Virus record (IMG/VR): IMGVR_UViG_3300032038_000077
Span: 708 to 64,707 of that record
DNA: 64,000 bases
Strand: one strand, 5' to 3'
Origin: a virus
Shown: positions 19,375-30,021 of the stretch, one piece after another
Numbering within the stretch: position 1 is the stretch's first letter
Layout: every line of letters starts with the position of its first letter
The notes under the pieces: generated by a model
Seen by the model: the letters and a program-made list of their open reading frames with translations, nothing else
Databases searched by the model: none
Told to the model about the DNA's origin: nothing
Translations under genes and position numbers: made by a program

Positions 19375-21524
19375 ATGCACTTCAAGTACAAAAAGAAGCG
19401 ATTCGGCATAACGGATGCGCGGATTCGCAGGGAGTATGGCAAGAAGCGGAGTGCTAGAAGGTATAAGGCGTATTGGTTCTTCCAGTTACCGCCGAAAGCA
19501 CGTATTGTTACACGGATTCGTGCAGACAAACTTCGATGGCGCGGTATGAAACGTGAGTGTGTAATGTTTCAAGAGTTCCGTGTCCCGGAAGATGTGTTCA
19601 TTGAGGACGCGCATTGTTGCGAATCCGATGATTGGGAAGATGATGACGGTTGGGAGTGAATGGCATGGATAAAGAGCATAACGATTATAGTGAATACGCT
19701 CACGAAGAGCTTGAGTGGTACGATTTTTCCGATTGCTTGCCGCCCCTTGCTAGACCTGTATGGGTTCAGACTAATAGGATTCGGTTCGTTGGTTTTATGA
19801 GTTTCGGTGACGATGGCGTTGCATTTCTTAGCGACGTAACTAATGGAAAATTAATTAAGGTTGATGAACTTCCGCGATGCTATTCAAAAGGAAAAGCGTT
19901 TTGGTCTATTATCCCTACTGATGTTGATGCAGTATGCAGACACAAGAGTAAGATTAGTGTTGATTAAGGCGGTGATGTTATGAGGAAGAAGTACAAAACC
20001 AGTATGATTGGCGCAAGGAAGCATTATGACAATGTGAGAAGTTGGTATTATAGTTGTTGGGTAAACTACTATTGTTTCAACTGTTACCCAAAGTCGCCGC
20101 GTCCTAAGAAACGCGCAATGATTAAGGCGTGCCGTGCTATTTCTAAGGCATTCCCCAAGGAAGATGCGGTTTATGAAGAGGTGTGATTGAATGGCACTTG
20201 CTAATGTCGTAGATACATGCACCTTCTGCATTAAGAAGAAACTGTGTCAGCCGAAAGAGCCTTACTTTGGCTACTGTCAATGGCGAGAAGAAAAGCGTCC
20301 GGAAGTTCCGTTAACTCCGGAACAAAAAGAACTTGTGCAGAAGATTGTCGATCAGCTTATGGGACGCGACAACAGAAAGCGATATTGAGGTGATGGTATG
20401 GTAACGAAATTCGAACGTATTAGACAGATCGCTAGCACGGGCGACATTGATGCGCTTGCGGAATATTTTGCCGACAACATGTGGCTGTGTTGCAACCCGG
20501 CAATCTATGATGATTGCGCACGATTTTGTAAGGATTGCTTTGCTGTACTGTTACGCGAGGAAGATAGAGAAACGGAGTGAGAGGTAAAAGAGATGACAAT
20601 GACGGAAGGATATAACCAATACAAGGGCAAGGAAAATGAAACGCGGTTCGGTGTTGAGTGTCCGATTAGCAAACGCTACCGCTACTATCCCTATAGTGCG
20701 ATTCGCTATAGCAAGGAAGTACGAGATAAAATCAACAGTGACTTCTTGGGATTCGGTTACTACTTGCAGAGTGACTTTGATATCAATGATGAGCTTGCGA
20801 CGGATTCCCTGTATGTCGGTGACAACGATGGTCGCTTATTCGTTTCTTGCGTGTTTGATGGTGACTGGATTGTTAAGTGGTATTGTGTTGATGAACATCA
20901 TGCAAACTATACTGTTATGAGTGACTGGATGATGAACGAGTTGTTCTATGTGCGTGATTGGGATACATGGTGCAAAGAGAGTGGCGCAGAAGAGGACGGT
21001 GATAAAGATGGGATTGAAAGATAAACATAGCTATGTAGGGATGCAATGTTGCGGAACATGCAAACACTTCCATCTTGGTAAGAACATGAAGAGCGAATCA
21101 ACCTGCGACGCAAAACCAAAGACGGATAAGTATGGATGCCGGGTATATGTCACGCCGTCGAAAGTGTACTGTGCTAAGTATGAGCAGGGATACAACGGTG
21201 CGTATTGTAAGAAGTGCGGTACGTTTCGTGATTCGTGGTATAACTACTGTCCTACATGCGGGGAAAGGTTTGATGGCAATGAAGACGGTTGAGAAGTATA
21301 TCTGCGATAAGTGCGGCAGAGAGTTTGATAAACTTGATGACGCGAAAGAGCATGAGTTAAGACATTATGATGTAGTTGGTGTTAAGAGTGTAAAGTATCT
21401 TAAACAAGAGTATCCTAAGCGCATCACTGTCAATATGATGAATGGCAATGGCCACGTACTGGAATGTGAATACGAGATTGTTAATGTGTTTGACCCGCAG
21501 ATTGCGGAAGGGTGGCGGCGATGA
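19375..21524 (+). CDS. Cluster of small hypothetical genes, several with CxxC zinc fingers
   Basis: ORFs 19375-19659, 19650-19967, 19980-20186, 20191-20388, 20398-20580, 20593-21024, about 21008-21292, about 21279-21524. Confidence 0.55.
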
Positions 21525-21696
21525 AAAAAGGCTTTGTGAAAGACTTGGCATTTAAGAGAGTGTGCAGATGTTATTATCATAGCTCGTGGTTTTGGGGACA
21601 GAAAACGGGGATTGTGATTAATGGAAAGCCGAGGTACGGGAAAGACAAAAGATACAGGCAGTTTTGCAAGGCTGTGCGGATGAAGGGGTGAGGACG

Positions 21697-22101
21697 ATGG
21701 ACAAAGACAGACTGAAATATCGTGGGTGGGTTTATCCGATTATAGATTCAGACGGTAAGCCTAGATGGGTTTATGGGCGTTGTCCGACAAGAACATTTGT
21801 GACAGAAATGTTCGGAATGTTGGGCGGCGAAGAGCGCGATTGTGAGTTTACGGATGAGCAAGCTAAATACTTTTCTGTAGAGACTGATTCGTTGGAACAG
21901 TGTACCGGATTCCGCAATTCGGAAGGTAATCTTATCTATGAGGGCGACAAGTTGCGAGACTTGGGCGGCGAAATACTGCACGTTGAATGGGATAATGAAT
22001 CATATGGGTTTGTTGTTGATGGTGTGAATGGCGTTCGTGATTTAGAAAAGGCGTACCTTGCACACCTTTTACCGAGAGAGGACTGGACAGATAATGGATG
22101 A
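21697..22101 (+). CDS. YopX-family protein
   Basis: KYRGW...EQCTGFRNSEGNLIYEGD. Confidence 0.8.
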   Translation: MDKDRLKYRGWVYPIIDSDGKPRWVYGRCPTRTFVTEMFGMLGGEERDCEFTDEQAKYFSVETDSLEQCTGFRNSEGNLIYEGDKLRDLGGEILHVEWDNESYGFVVDGVNGVRDLEKAYLAHLLPREDWTDNG

Positions 22102-22309
22102 AACTACCGTTGAGGCGGTGGCGGTGTTTGCTATCATTGTCGGCGTGCCTGTATTCGGTTCTATTGCCGTTGTTATGTTTGGTAGTGCTATATCCGAGAT
22201 AGGCGATCTGCTACACGATATTGTTTACTGTGCTTGCGAAGACTACCGGATGAAGACATTCGGCAAGAGCAAGAAAGAGATGCGGGATATAATGGACCCA
22301 AAGATTTAG
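22094..22309 (+). CDS. Small membrane protein with its 3' end interrupted by the IS
   Basis: TM helix; the last codons lie inside the IS left end. Confidence 0.5.
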   Translation: MDETTVEAVAVFAIIVGVPVFGSIAVVMFGSAISEIGDLLHDIVYCACEDYRMKTFGKSKKEMRDIMDPKI

Positions 22310-22373
22310 ACCAGCGGTAAAATTTTTAAGGGTGTGATACAATACCAAGTAACATCACTGGAGGTAATGGATC

Positions 22374-22712
22374 ATGCCAAAGAAAAAGTACACCGCCGAA
22401 TTCAAGACGAAGATCGTCCTGACCATCCTGGAAGGCTCCAAGGAGTTCAATGAGATCTGCTCAGAGAATAACCTAAGCCCGAATATGGTCCGGAAATGGA
22501 AACAGGATTTTCTCGCCAACGCCCACATGGCTTTCGAATCAGACACTGAGCGGAAAAGCGCCCAGAGAAAGGAGGCCGACCTGAAGATAAAGAACGATCA
22601 GATGCTTAAGACCATCGGCCAGCTGACGCTGGAACGCGATTTTCTTCAGGACTGCTTTCGCGCGGTTGGAGAACCCATCCCAGAAATGCCGGACTATGAT
22701 CCAAAAGGATGA
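22374..22712 (+). CDS. IS3 transposase OrfA (HTH)
   Basis: KKYTAEFKTKIVL...VRKWK...LTLERDFL. Confidence 0.9.
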   Translation: MPKKKYTAEFKTKIVLTILEGSKEFNEICSENNLSPNMVRKWKQDFLANAHMAFESDTERKSAQRKEADLKIKNDQMLKTIGQLTLERDFLQDCFRAVGEPIPEMPDYDPKG

Positions 22713-23544
22713 CAAGCTCTCCGTGCGGCGTCAGTGTGAGTTGCTTGGTATCAATCGCTCCAGCCTATACTACGAGCCCAAAGAGCCTGACGAGGCGTAT
22801 CTGGCGCTGCAGGAGGAGCTCATGAAGCGCATAGACTACTGGCACACGAAGCAGCCGTATCTTGGTTCACGCAAGCTGGTGATTCAGCTGCGCAAGGACG
22901 GCTACACCATCTGCCGCAAGACCGTGCGCCGGCTCATGAACCAAATGGGCATCCATGCAATTTATCCCAAGATGAATCTTTCCAAGCGTAATTTCAAGGA
23001 GGCAATCGTGCCATATCTGCTGCGAAACTACGAAGCCAACTTCCCAAACCAAGTCTGGTCCATAGATATCACCTACATTCCGATGAAGCGAAGCCACATG
23101 TACCTGACGGCGCTGATTGACTGGTGCAGCCGAAAAATCGTCGGATACTACCTGTCCGATACCTTGGATACCCAGTCGGTTATCCACGCTGTCAGGGAGG
23201 CCGTAGCGGCACATGGCCGACCAGCCATCCTGAACTCCGACCAGGGTTGCCAGTTCACCAGTGACGAGTACAAGCAGCTGCTCAAAGATATGCACATTCG
23301 ACAGAGCATGGACGGCAAGAGCCGCTGGGCCGACAACATTATGATTGAGCGCTGGTTCCGCAGCCTCAAGATTGAGCAGATTTACCCCAACGACTACAGC
23401 TCACCAAGGGAGTTGCGTCAGCTGATAAAACGCTACGTCCATGAGTACAACACGGAACGGCCTCATGCAGCTCTCGACTACAGCACGCCGGAAGATATCT
23501 ACAACGGATACTTCTCAGGTCAAAGGGTTATCCACATTGCTTGA
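22696..23544 (+). CDS. IS3 transposase OrfB (rve/DDE)
   Basis: WSIDITY, NSDQGCQF, DNIMIERWFRSLK, YNTERPH. Confidence 0.92.
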   Translation: MIQKDDKLSVRRQCELLGINRSSLYYEPKEPDEAYLALQEELMKRIDYWHTKQPYLGSRKLVIQLRKDGYTICRKTVRRLMNQMGIHAIYPKMNLSKRNFKEAIVPYLLRNYEANFPNQVWSIDITYIPMKRSHMYLTALIDWCSRKIVGYYLSDTLDTQSVIHAVREAVAAHGRPAILNSDQGCQFTSDEYKQLLKDMHIRQSMDGKSRWADNIMIERWFRSLKIEQIYPNDYSSPRELRQLIKRYVHEYNTERPHAALDYSTPEDIYNGYFSGQRVIHIA

Positions 23545-23678
23545 CACTCTTAAAATTTAAATCAGTGGTCTTGACAAGGGGCCCATTATAGAATGAAGCG
23601 AGTTTTGGAGACTTATGATTTACAAACGCTGTATCTGTAGTATAATATATGTTCAAGCAATGATAAAGGAGATAAAAT

Positions 23679-24647
23679 ATGTGCGTAAAAGGGAACATTG
23701 TTTTTCCACTAGACACAACTATTACGAATACGCCACCTACAGAGTGCGGCGTGTATGTTGCAACGATTGAAGATTCATCAAATCCATTTCTCAAACCCAA
23801 ATATTGCCGTCCAGACGGCATACTGTTTGAGCAGGATTCGTTGGAAATGCTGAAACATATTAACTCCGAATCCATAGACCTTATATTTGCAGACCCTCCA
23901 TATAACATACGAAAAGCAGATTGGGACAAATTTGAAAGCCAAGAAGCATACATCGACTGGTCAATGCAATGGATTCGTGAAGCCTCTAGGATATTGAAAC
24001 CAACAGGAAGCCTGTATATATGCGGCTTTACAGAGATTCTGGCAGATTTGAAACATCCAGCCATGAAACACTTCAAAAAATGTAAATGGCTTATCTGGTA
24101 CTACAAAAATAAAGCCAATCTTTCTAACGATTGGGGGCGTTCTCATGAATCTTTGCTTCATTTGAGAAAAACCAACAAATTCAAGCTGAATGTTGACCCT
24201 GTAAGGATTCCATATAATGCTCATACATTAAAATATCCTTCTCATCCACAGGCAGAATCCAGTCAATATGGTGGAAACAGTAAGAAATATAACTCATGGA
24301 CACCTAATCCACTAGGAGCAAAACCAAAAGATGTTATAGAAATACCTACCACTTGCAATGGCATGGGCGAAAAAACAAAACATCCAACACAAAAACCAGA
24401 GGAACTTCTGCGTAAAATAGTACTGTCATCGTCTAATGAAGGCGATATAGTTCTTGACCCGTTCAGCGGTTCGGGGACTACCGCAACAGTATGCAGACAG
24501 CTTAACCGCAAATGGATAGGTATAGAACTTACGCCAGAGTACAACCAATGGGCTATTGAACGTATTGACAATGCGGTAAACCACCCAGAATCGTACTGGG
24601 TTGACCTTGACCGAGCAAATGCAGAAAGAAGGAATTCTCTCAAATGA
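23679..24647 (+). CDS. Orphan beta-class N4-C/N6-A DNA methyltransferase
   Basis: FADPPY before HPTQKP...DPFSGSGTT; own TTTACA/TATAAT promoter (23619-23646) and AAGGAG RBS; AT-rich. Confidence 0.9.
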   Translation: MCVKGNIVFPLDTTITNTPPTECGVYVATIEDSSNPFLKPKYCRPDGILFEQDSLEMLKHINSESIDLIFADPPYNIRKADWDKFESQEAYIDWSMQWIREASRILKPTGSLYICGFTEILADLKHPAMKHFKKCKWLIWYYKNKANLSNDWGRSHESLLHLRKTNKFKLNVDPVRIPYNAHTLKYPSHPQAESSQYGGNSKKYNSWTPNPLGAKPKDVIEIPTTCNGMGEKTKHPTQKPEELLRKIVLSSSNEGDIVLDPFSGSGTTATVCRQLNRKWIGIELTPEYNQWAIERIDNAVNHPESYWVDLDRANAERRNSLK

Positions 24648-24761
24648 CCACTAAAATCAAAACACTGTTGGACTATACAAGAGATAAGACCATATCCTTG
24701 ACGAGACACGTTTCTATGGCAATGTTGCGATTGATGAGTTAGTGAAAGGCGGTAATTAATT

Positions 24762-25629
24762 ATGGGTTTGACAAGAGAAGAACAGGAAACGATCATCCGT
24801 TTCGATGAGTCCAGTAAAGAAGTTGAAATTTACACGGCAAGTCCTAGAATGTGGACGCGTTTTGAGAAAGCTCCGAATATCTACCGCTTCAAAGGGCAGG
24901 AAACCATGAAAGGTGAGGTAATCTCTAAGACATTTACGGCTGAACAACGTTTTATTACGTTCCGCATGTCTGACACAAGAAAGAAAGAGCTTACTCCGGA
25001 AGAAAAAGAAAAGGCGAGGGAAAGGGTTAAGGTTGCACAAGCGGCAAGGGCTAAGAAAGGACGTTGATTGCTATGGACGATAACAAGATGGATGCCATGA
25101 GCCTTGATGAGGTAGTTCTGAACCAGAAAGCGCAGAAATGGTGCAGGGTTATGTTGCAGTTCTTTGCGAATGGGCTTGAGAACATTGGCGACGCTCTTAA
25201 AACCACGGATGAGGACGGCAATATTCGACAGATGACTGATGACGATGATTGGTACAGGTCGTTGCAGTGTGTTGTGGGTCTTTGCGATGTCGATCTCATG
25301 CAGCTAGAAACAAATGTTCGGTCAATGGCTAAGATTTTGCAACAGATTGAGATTGCAAGAGAGCAACGAAAGAAGAAAGAGGGTGCAGAATGGAACAAGT
25401 AACTTGCTACAGGTGTTCTGTGTGTGGTAAATTATTTCAATACGAAAACATGGCAGAAAAATGTGAAAAAGGACATAGAAAACCACCTGAAAACGTGCGT
25501 GTTTACCGATGGAGTGCGGGCGATAAGTATCCTAGTGAGATTATTGTGCGTATGGATGGCGGCGATGAGGTACGTTATACTTTAGACCGTACCGTGGGTT
25601 ATGCCAGAGCAAGCATTATGCCTTGCTGA
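24762..25629 (+). CDS. Three hypothetical genes (24762-25067, 25064-25402, 25390-25629)
   Basis: Coupled ORFs; the third has a CxxC...CxxxH finger. Confidence 0.55.
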
Positions 25630-25631
25630 CA

Positions 25632-25736
25632 TAAAAATAAGGCGCAATACCAGAGCAAAGCTGATACCGCGCCATCGAAACCCGAATGGATTTTAGCTAA
25701 GTTTCAGTATAATATAACCACGTTGGTTTTGTCAAT
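25632..25736 (-). ncRNA. Antisense promoter-terminator mini-unit
   Basis: Minus strand TTGACA-18 bp-TATACT, then about 65 nt ending in GGCGC/GCGCC stem + TTATTTTT. Confidence 0.45.
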
Positions 25737-25755
25737 AGAAAGGGATGATGATGCG

Positions 25756-26025
25756 ATGAAGCCTAAAGATGTATTACATTATGTACTCGTGGGCGGCGTT
25801 CGTCTTGATGATATGGATTGGCTCATGACTAAGACAAAGAATATCCTGTTCGACAATGGGTATAGCACAATTAGTGACGTTCTTGCCGACAGTGTAGCAG
25901 AGATTCGTATGCTTAACGGTATGAATGATCGTGCCTTTGACAATCTCTGTGACGCGATGCGTGAGTATTGTTTGGGCGCGGTAAATGAATGGCTTAGACA
26001 GAGCTATGAGGGTGAACAGAATTGA
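25756..26025 (+). CDS. RNA polymerase alpha-CTD-like (HhH) small protein
   Basis: LDDMDWLMTKTKNILFDNGYSTISDVLADSVAEIRMLNGM parallels alpha-CTD spacing. Confidence 0.5.
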   Translation: MKPKDVLHYVLVGGVRLDDMDWLMTKTKNILFDNGYSTISDVLADSVAEIRMLNGMNDRAFDNLCDAMREYCLGAVNEWLRQSYEGEQN

Positions 26026-27128
26026 AAGAAGGTGCAGGCTTGATTGATGACGGCATTAAGAATTGTTTTGATCGCATGACTTACAACGAATCCGTTAAGA
26101 TGATGCGCGATTGGATTGATTCTGTTTATAATAATGGCTTGCTTGACGTGCTTGATGTGAGACGACGTTGTGGTGATGACTCAAAGACAACGGCTAAAGC
26201 GTTACTTAGCATTGTGCAGGAAGACTATACGGTTCTCGGACGTTATGTTGAGGCATTAAAGTACCTTGTCGAAGAAGGTGAGAACAAGTGATTATCTATG
26301 AAGTATGGCAGAATGACGGTGACTGTGTAGGCGCAGGATATTCGATCTTCTGCACGACAGATAAGACCGCCGCCGATAAATGGGTAGCAGAAATGAATCG
26401 TCGTCGTTGCTATGAATCATCTTGTTGGTTTGAAGGTGAGTATGAAGTCAAGCAACACGATCTTCTTGACTATGTACCGGACGTAGAGCCGTGCGAAAAG
26501 CCGTTTGTTTATCTGGAATTGATTTCCGGCACGTATAAGTGGACGGCTCAAACGGAGCTAGTCACGAGACAGACGGCGCAAGAGAGAGGATTGCGTGATG
26601 TCGGCAAGATTGTTGTCACAGATACGCTTGTCATTACCTTGATGCCGATGGTTAAGGGTGAAACAAATGACGAGTGGGAAGAACGGCGCAATAAAATGTT
26701 CAAGGAAATGGTTGATGCCGGTAATACGTGTCGTGCTATGCAGGGAAAACCAAAGTTAACACCGCCTGACTATTCGATCTGGACGCGCTATGAATAAAAT
26801 ACGGTATTTAATACGTCTAGCCATAGTTCTGACGGCAGTAATATCAGCGGCAATAATCGGTACTGTGATAGAATATATACAGAACAAACGGGACGGTGAA
26901 TAAGGTTTGAAATATGTCAAGTTTGAGTCGTACACTGACGGTAATTATATCTATGCAAAGCCGGAAAACATTCGTAGGGTATGGGATATCTACGACAAGC
27001 CCGGGCTTTGCACCGTTGAGATTCTTGACGGTAGACAGGTTATTGTTAAAGGCTATGCGGCTGACGTTCGCAAGAAGATTGAACGCATTGAATCCAGTGC
27101 GTGGTGGTACGGCTCACGCAAGCACTAA
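26022..27128 (+). CDS. Hypothetical genes (26022-26291, 26288-26797, 26907-27128)
   Basis: Coupled ORFs with RBS. Confidence 0.55.
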
Positions 27129-27139
27129 GGGGTGACGCT

Positions 27140-27616
27140 ATGTACACATCTGACATCGCTGATCTGATTATGAAGAAGATGAAACGAAAAGAGTTGTCGG
27201 TTGGAGATGCTTATCGTTTTAACACCTTAGCGTTGATGAACGACACGACCTCATTTCGTAGCGATGGCGATAATTATAACGGCAGTTCGGTGATACATAC
27301 CGGAATGATTGATCTTTTCGGCGATGAGATAACCGTGTATGCGCTTTGGGATGCAGGGACAGACACGATTAACTTAGACGACGGCGGTTATACGATGCGC
27401 AAGGTGGTTCCCGATGTCCGCAATGGCATAGTGGAAGAGCTATGCAAGGCGAATGAGTGCTCGTTGGTTAACGATTGTATTACTACCACGTCAAAGAGCA
27501 CGAAAGAGTTATTTTATAAGGTGTCACGCATTATAAATACGGTGATTCTCATAGAGGGATTGTTTAACAACAAGGTTTATGAGTTGATTACGGGCGTTGA
27601 CATGGAACAGGCATAA
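27140..27616 (+). CDS. DUF1828-like protein
   Basis: D.FGDEITVY...INLDDGGYT. Confidence 0.5.
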   Translation: MYTSDIADLIMKKMKRKELSVGDAYRFNTLALMNDTTSFRSDGDNYNGSSVIHTGMIDLFGDEITVYALWDAGTDTINLDDGGYTMRKVVPDVRNGIVEELCKANECSLVNDCITTTSKSTKELFYKVSRIINTVILIEGLFNNKVYELITGVDMEQA

Positions 27617-27637
27617 TAAGAGAGGACGGAACAAAGA

Positions 27638-28060
27638 ATGAACGTATGGAATGGTGTAGGAAGATTAACCCGCGACCCGGAAACAAGACAGACGAACAAT
27701 GGCATGACGATTTGCCGCTTTACTCTTGCAATTGATCGCCCGAAACGTAAAGATAGCAATGATCGTGAATCGGATTTTATTTCTTGCGTAGCTTTTGGCA
27801 AGACGGGAGAAGTAATTGCACGCTATGTAAGCAAGGGCAACAAGTTTGGTGTTACCGGACGTATCCAGACGGGCAAATACACGGACAAAAACAACGTAAC
27901 GCATTTTACTACGGACGTAGTAGTAAATGACTTCACGTTCATTGAGCCGCGCGGTAACTCCGGTCAGCAGAACAGCAATCAGCAGGGTTATAATAACGGG
28001 CAGGGACAACGTAACAATGATTACGTAGCTCCGTCGCAAGATTTTGACGTTCCGTTCTAA
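27638..28060 (+). CDS. ssb: Single-stranded DNA-binding protein
   Basis: GRLTRDPE, FTLAIDR, DFISCVAFGK, acidic DFDVPF tail. Confidence 0.95.
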   Translation: MNVWNGVGRLTRDPETRQTNNGMTICRFTLAIDRPKRKDSNDRESDFISCVAFGKTGEVIARYVSKGNKFGVTGRIQTGKYTDKNNVTHFTTDVVVNDFTFIEPRGNSGQQNSNQQGYNNGQGQRNNDYVAPSQDFDVPF

Positions 28061-28140
28061 AACCTTAAACATATACATGATAAGAGAGGGACGAAAGTCC
28101 TTCTTTTATTTTATCTAGGCGAAAGGGGAGAATCCTTAGC

Positions 28141-28635
28141 ATGACTGATTATGTTTCGCTTGCCCGCGATGTTCTCAAAAGCTATGCCGATATCCAGATT
28201 AACCTGTCGGCAACGCAACGTGAGTTAGAAGAGGCAGAACGTGACTATAAAGATGAATTAGCTATATCCGCAAAGACAACAAGCTATGACGCGACTACGG
28301 GCGGCGCATCCGGTTCTCACAGTTCGCCCGTAGAGAATTATTATTTCAAGCGGGAAAAGGTTCGCAACCGGCTTGATCGTTTACGTAGGGAAGAGCGCGA
28401 ATTAAGAGCGGCTCAATCCTGCATCGACAATGCGCTCAATAACTTTCCGGAGACTGATCGCGGTATCTTACTCATGCACTTTTGCTACGGTAAGACGTGG
28501 GTAGAATTGGCGAATGAATTTAACATGACTCCGAAATGGGCATCAATTCGCGGCAATGGATTGCTCACACGCTTTGCATTGAATCTGTTCGCATCGAAAG
28601 AAAGAGTCGTTGACTTTCATAAAATCGTCGGTTAA
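28141..28635 (+). CDS. Late transcriptional activator (ArpU/RinA-like)
   Basis: Coiled coil plus C-terminal sigma-R4-like HTH (GKTWVELANEFNMT); last rightward gene. Confidence 0.7.
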   Translation: MTDYVSLARDVLKSYADIQINLSATQRELEEAERDYKDELAISAKTTSYDATTGGASGSHSSPVENYYFKREKVRNRLDRLRREERELRAAQSCIDNALNNFPETDRGILLMHFCYGKTWVELANEFNMTPKWASIRGNGLLTRFALNLFASKERVVDFHKIVG

Positions 28636-28643
28636 TTTTGGGC

Positions 28644-28701
28644 AAAAAAATAAACCCTTGCAAGCAACACCACGAAGGTGCTACCTGCAAGGGTATTTTT
28701 A
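28644..28701. terminator. Bidirectional terminator between convergent operons
   Basis: A-tract, ACCCTTGCA...TGCAAGGGT, T-tract. Confidence 0.75.
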
Positions 28702-28728
28702 TACATAATTATGAATAATTATACAGTA

Positions 28729-29405
28729 TTAAATGTCCACTAGGTGCGGACTATCAAGCGTGATCTCGTCTATGCGAACAACGATGTCCCGTCCTTCATC
28801 CTCGTAATACATTTCAGCCACGGCTTCCTCTATAGACTTGGCAACAAGTTCTTCTTTCTTGCCCGGATATGCATCAAGCATATTCACACCGTGCTTTTCG
28901 CCGTATTCGTATATGTCGTCAATTTCACGCTCAACAAGCGGCGTGATAATTCCCCGAAACTTCTTGACTGCCTTTTCCGGAGAAGAGAATATACACGCTT
29001 GACGATAGGGCATATCGGTTTCGTCGTCGTCTTCCAGTGTGATTAACCATACCGTACTCATTAGTCATCCCTCCGGTTGAACTCATTCAGTGCTTTCTGT
29101 GCTACACCTACGGCTCGTCTAAAATCTTCTACAGCAATGCCGTCAATGCCATAGTTGCTGACTAGGAAATAATATTCCTTATCAACGTCGCCAATGCAAG
29201 TCGGGTCACTGTTTTCATAGGCGGTAGTTTCTTGATCGCAATCATTAATGCCGCCTTTCCAAATCTGATACAGCCCAACCTCTGTACCTTCTGTAAAACC
29301 ATACGGCACACGGCCTTGCTCAAACTCAAATGAGTACCCGCCGATAGATACTACCATGTCAAAGTTACCCTCAAAAGAACAGTCTTCATATGTCATTACC
29401 TTCAT
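28729..29405 (-). CDS. Two acidic hypothetical proteins (28729-29061, 29061-29405)
   Basis: Coupled ORFs; extended -10 TGGTATAAT and AAGGAG RBS upstream of 29405. Confidence 0.65.
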
Positions 29406-29439
29406 CTTTAATCTCTCCTTTTGCTCACATTATACCAGA

Positions 29440-29621
29440 TAAAATAATAGGGCGCATCCCGCTAAGATACGCCCATTAGGTAGAGTCGCCGTGTTCACGG
29501 TCTCCCGCAAATCGTGCAGAGCTATGTGTGCTTTTTGAGAAAACCCGTAGTTGATAATCCATAGAGTTTATCTCTATTGCACTTTATATTATACCACTCT
29601 GCCAAATTCTCTGCTTGCTAT
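29440..29621 (-). ncRNA. Promoter plus putative sRNA (about 140 nt)
   Basis: TGGTATAAT (29588-29596, minus strand); GTGCA/TGCAC closing stem with inner hairpins; terminator GGGCGTATC/GATGCGCCC + TATTATTTT. Confidence 0.5.
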
Positions 29622-29672
29622 GGGCTACGAATACTCATGACTAATCTTTCCTTGCCTTATTTATTCTTCTGC

Positions 29673-29996
29673 CTATTCCGGACGGTAGGATAACTGACTG
29701 TATGCGCGGTCTACTTCTACTTGAAAGCTAATGCTTGCAAGATACTGAATCAACCGTTCCATCGTTGGGATTAAGGGTTCGTGCTCGTCCTCAATGAATC
29801 TATTCCACCATCTTTCAATGGCAAGAAATACAGGTTCCTGCCCGTAAAAATCCCTGTAATTATACAGCGGCTTTTCTGCATCCGTTCCCTTGACGATTCG
29901 CCAAAGGTCTTCTGACAAGACATTCCCGATGTCGTCAAGAACAATCTCAAAGGGATAGTTGACGTTATTTTTTCTCAATGCCAATAACCAATCCAT
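29673..29996 (-). CDS. Hypothetical protein
   Basis: AAGGAGTG RBS before MDWLL. Confidence 0.6.
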   Translation of the reverse strand: MDWLLALRKNNVNYPFEIVLDDIGNVLSEDLWRIVKGTDAEKPLYNYRDFYGQEPVFLAIERWWNRFIEDEHEPLIPTMERLIQYLASISFQVEVDRAYSQLSYRPE

Positions 29997-30021
29997 GTCA
30001 ATCACTCCTTCTTGTTTCTCG

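Larger units (their letters stand above)
22288..23590 (+). mobile_element. IS3-family insertion sequence (about 1.3 kb)
   Basis: Imperfect terminal IRs TATAATGGACCC...AGACCA / TGGTCT...GGGCCCATTATA; orfA plus orfB; higher GC than the flanks. Confidence 0.9.
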
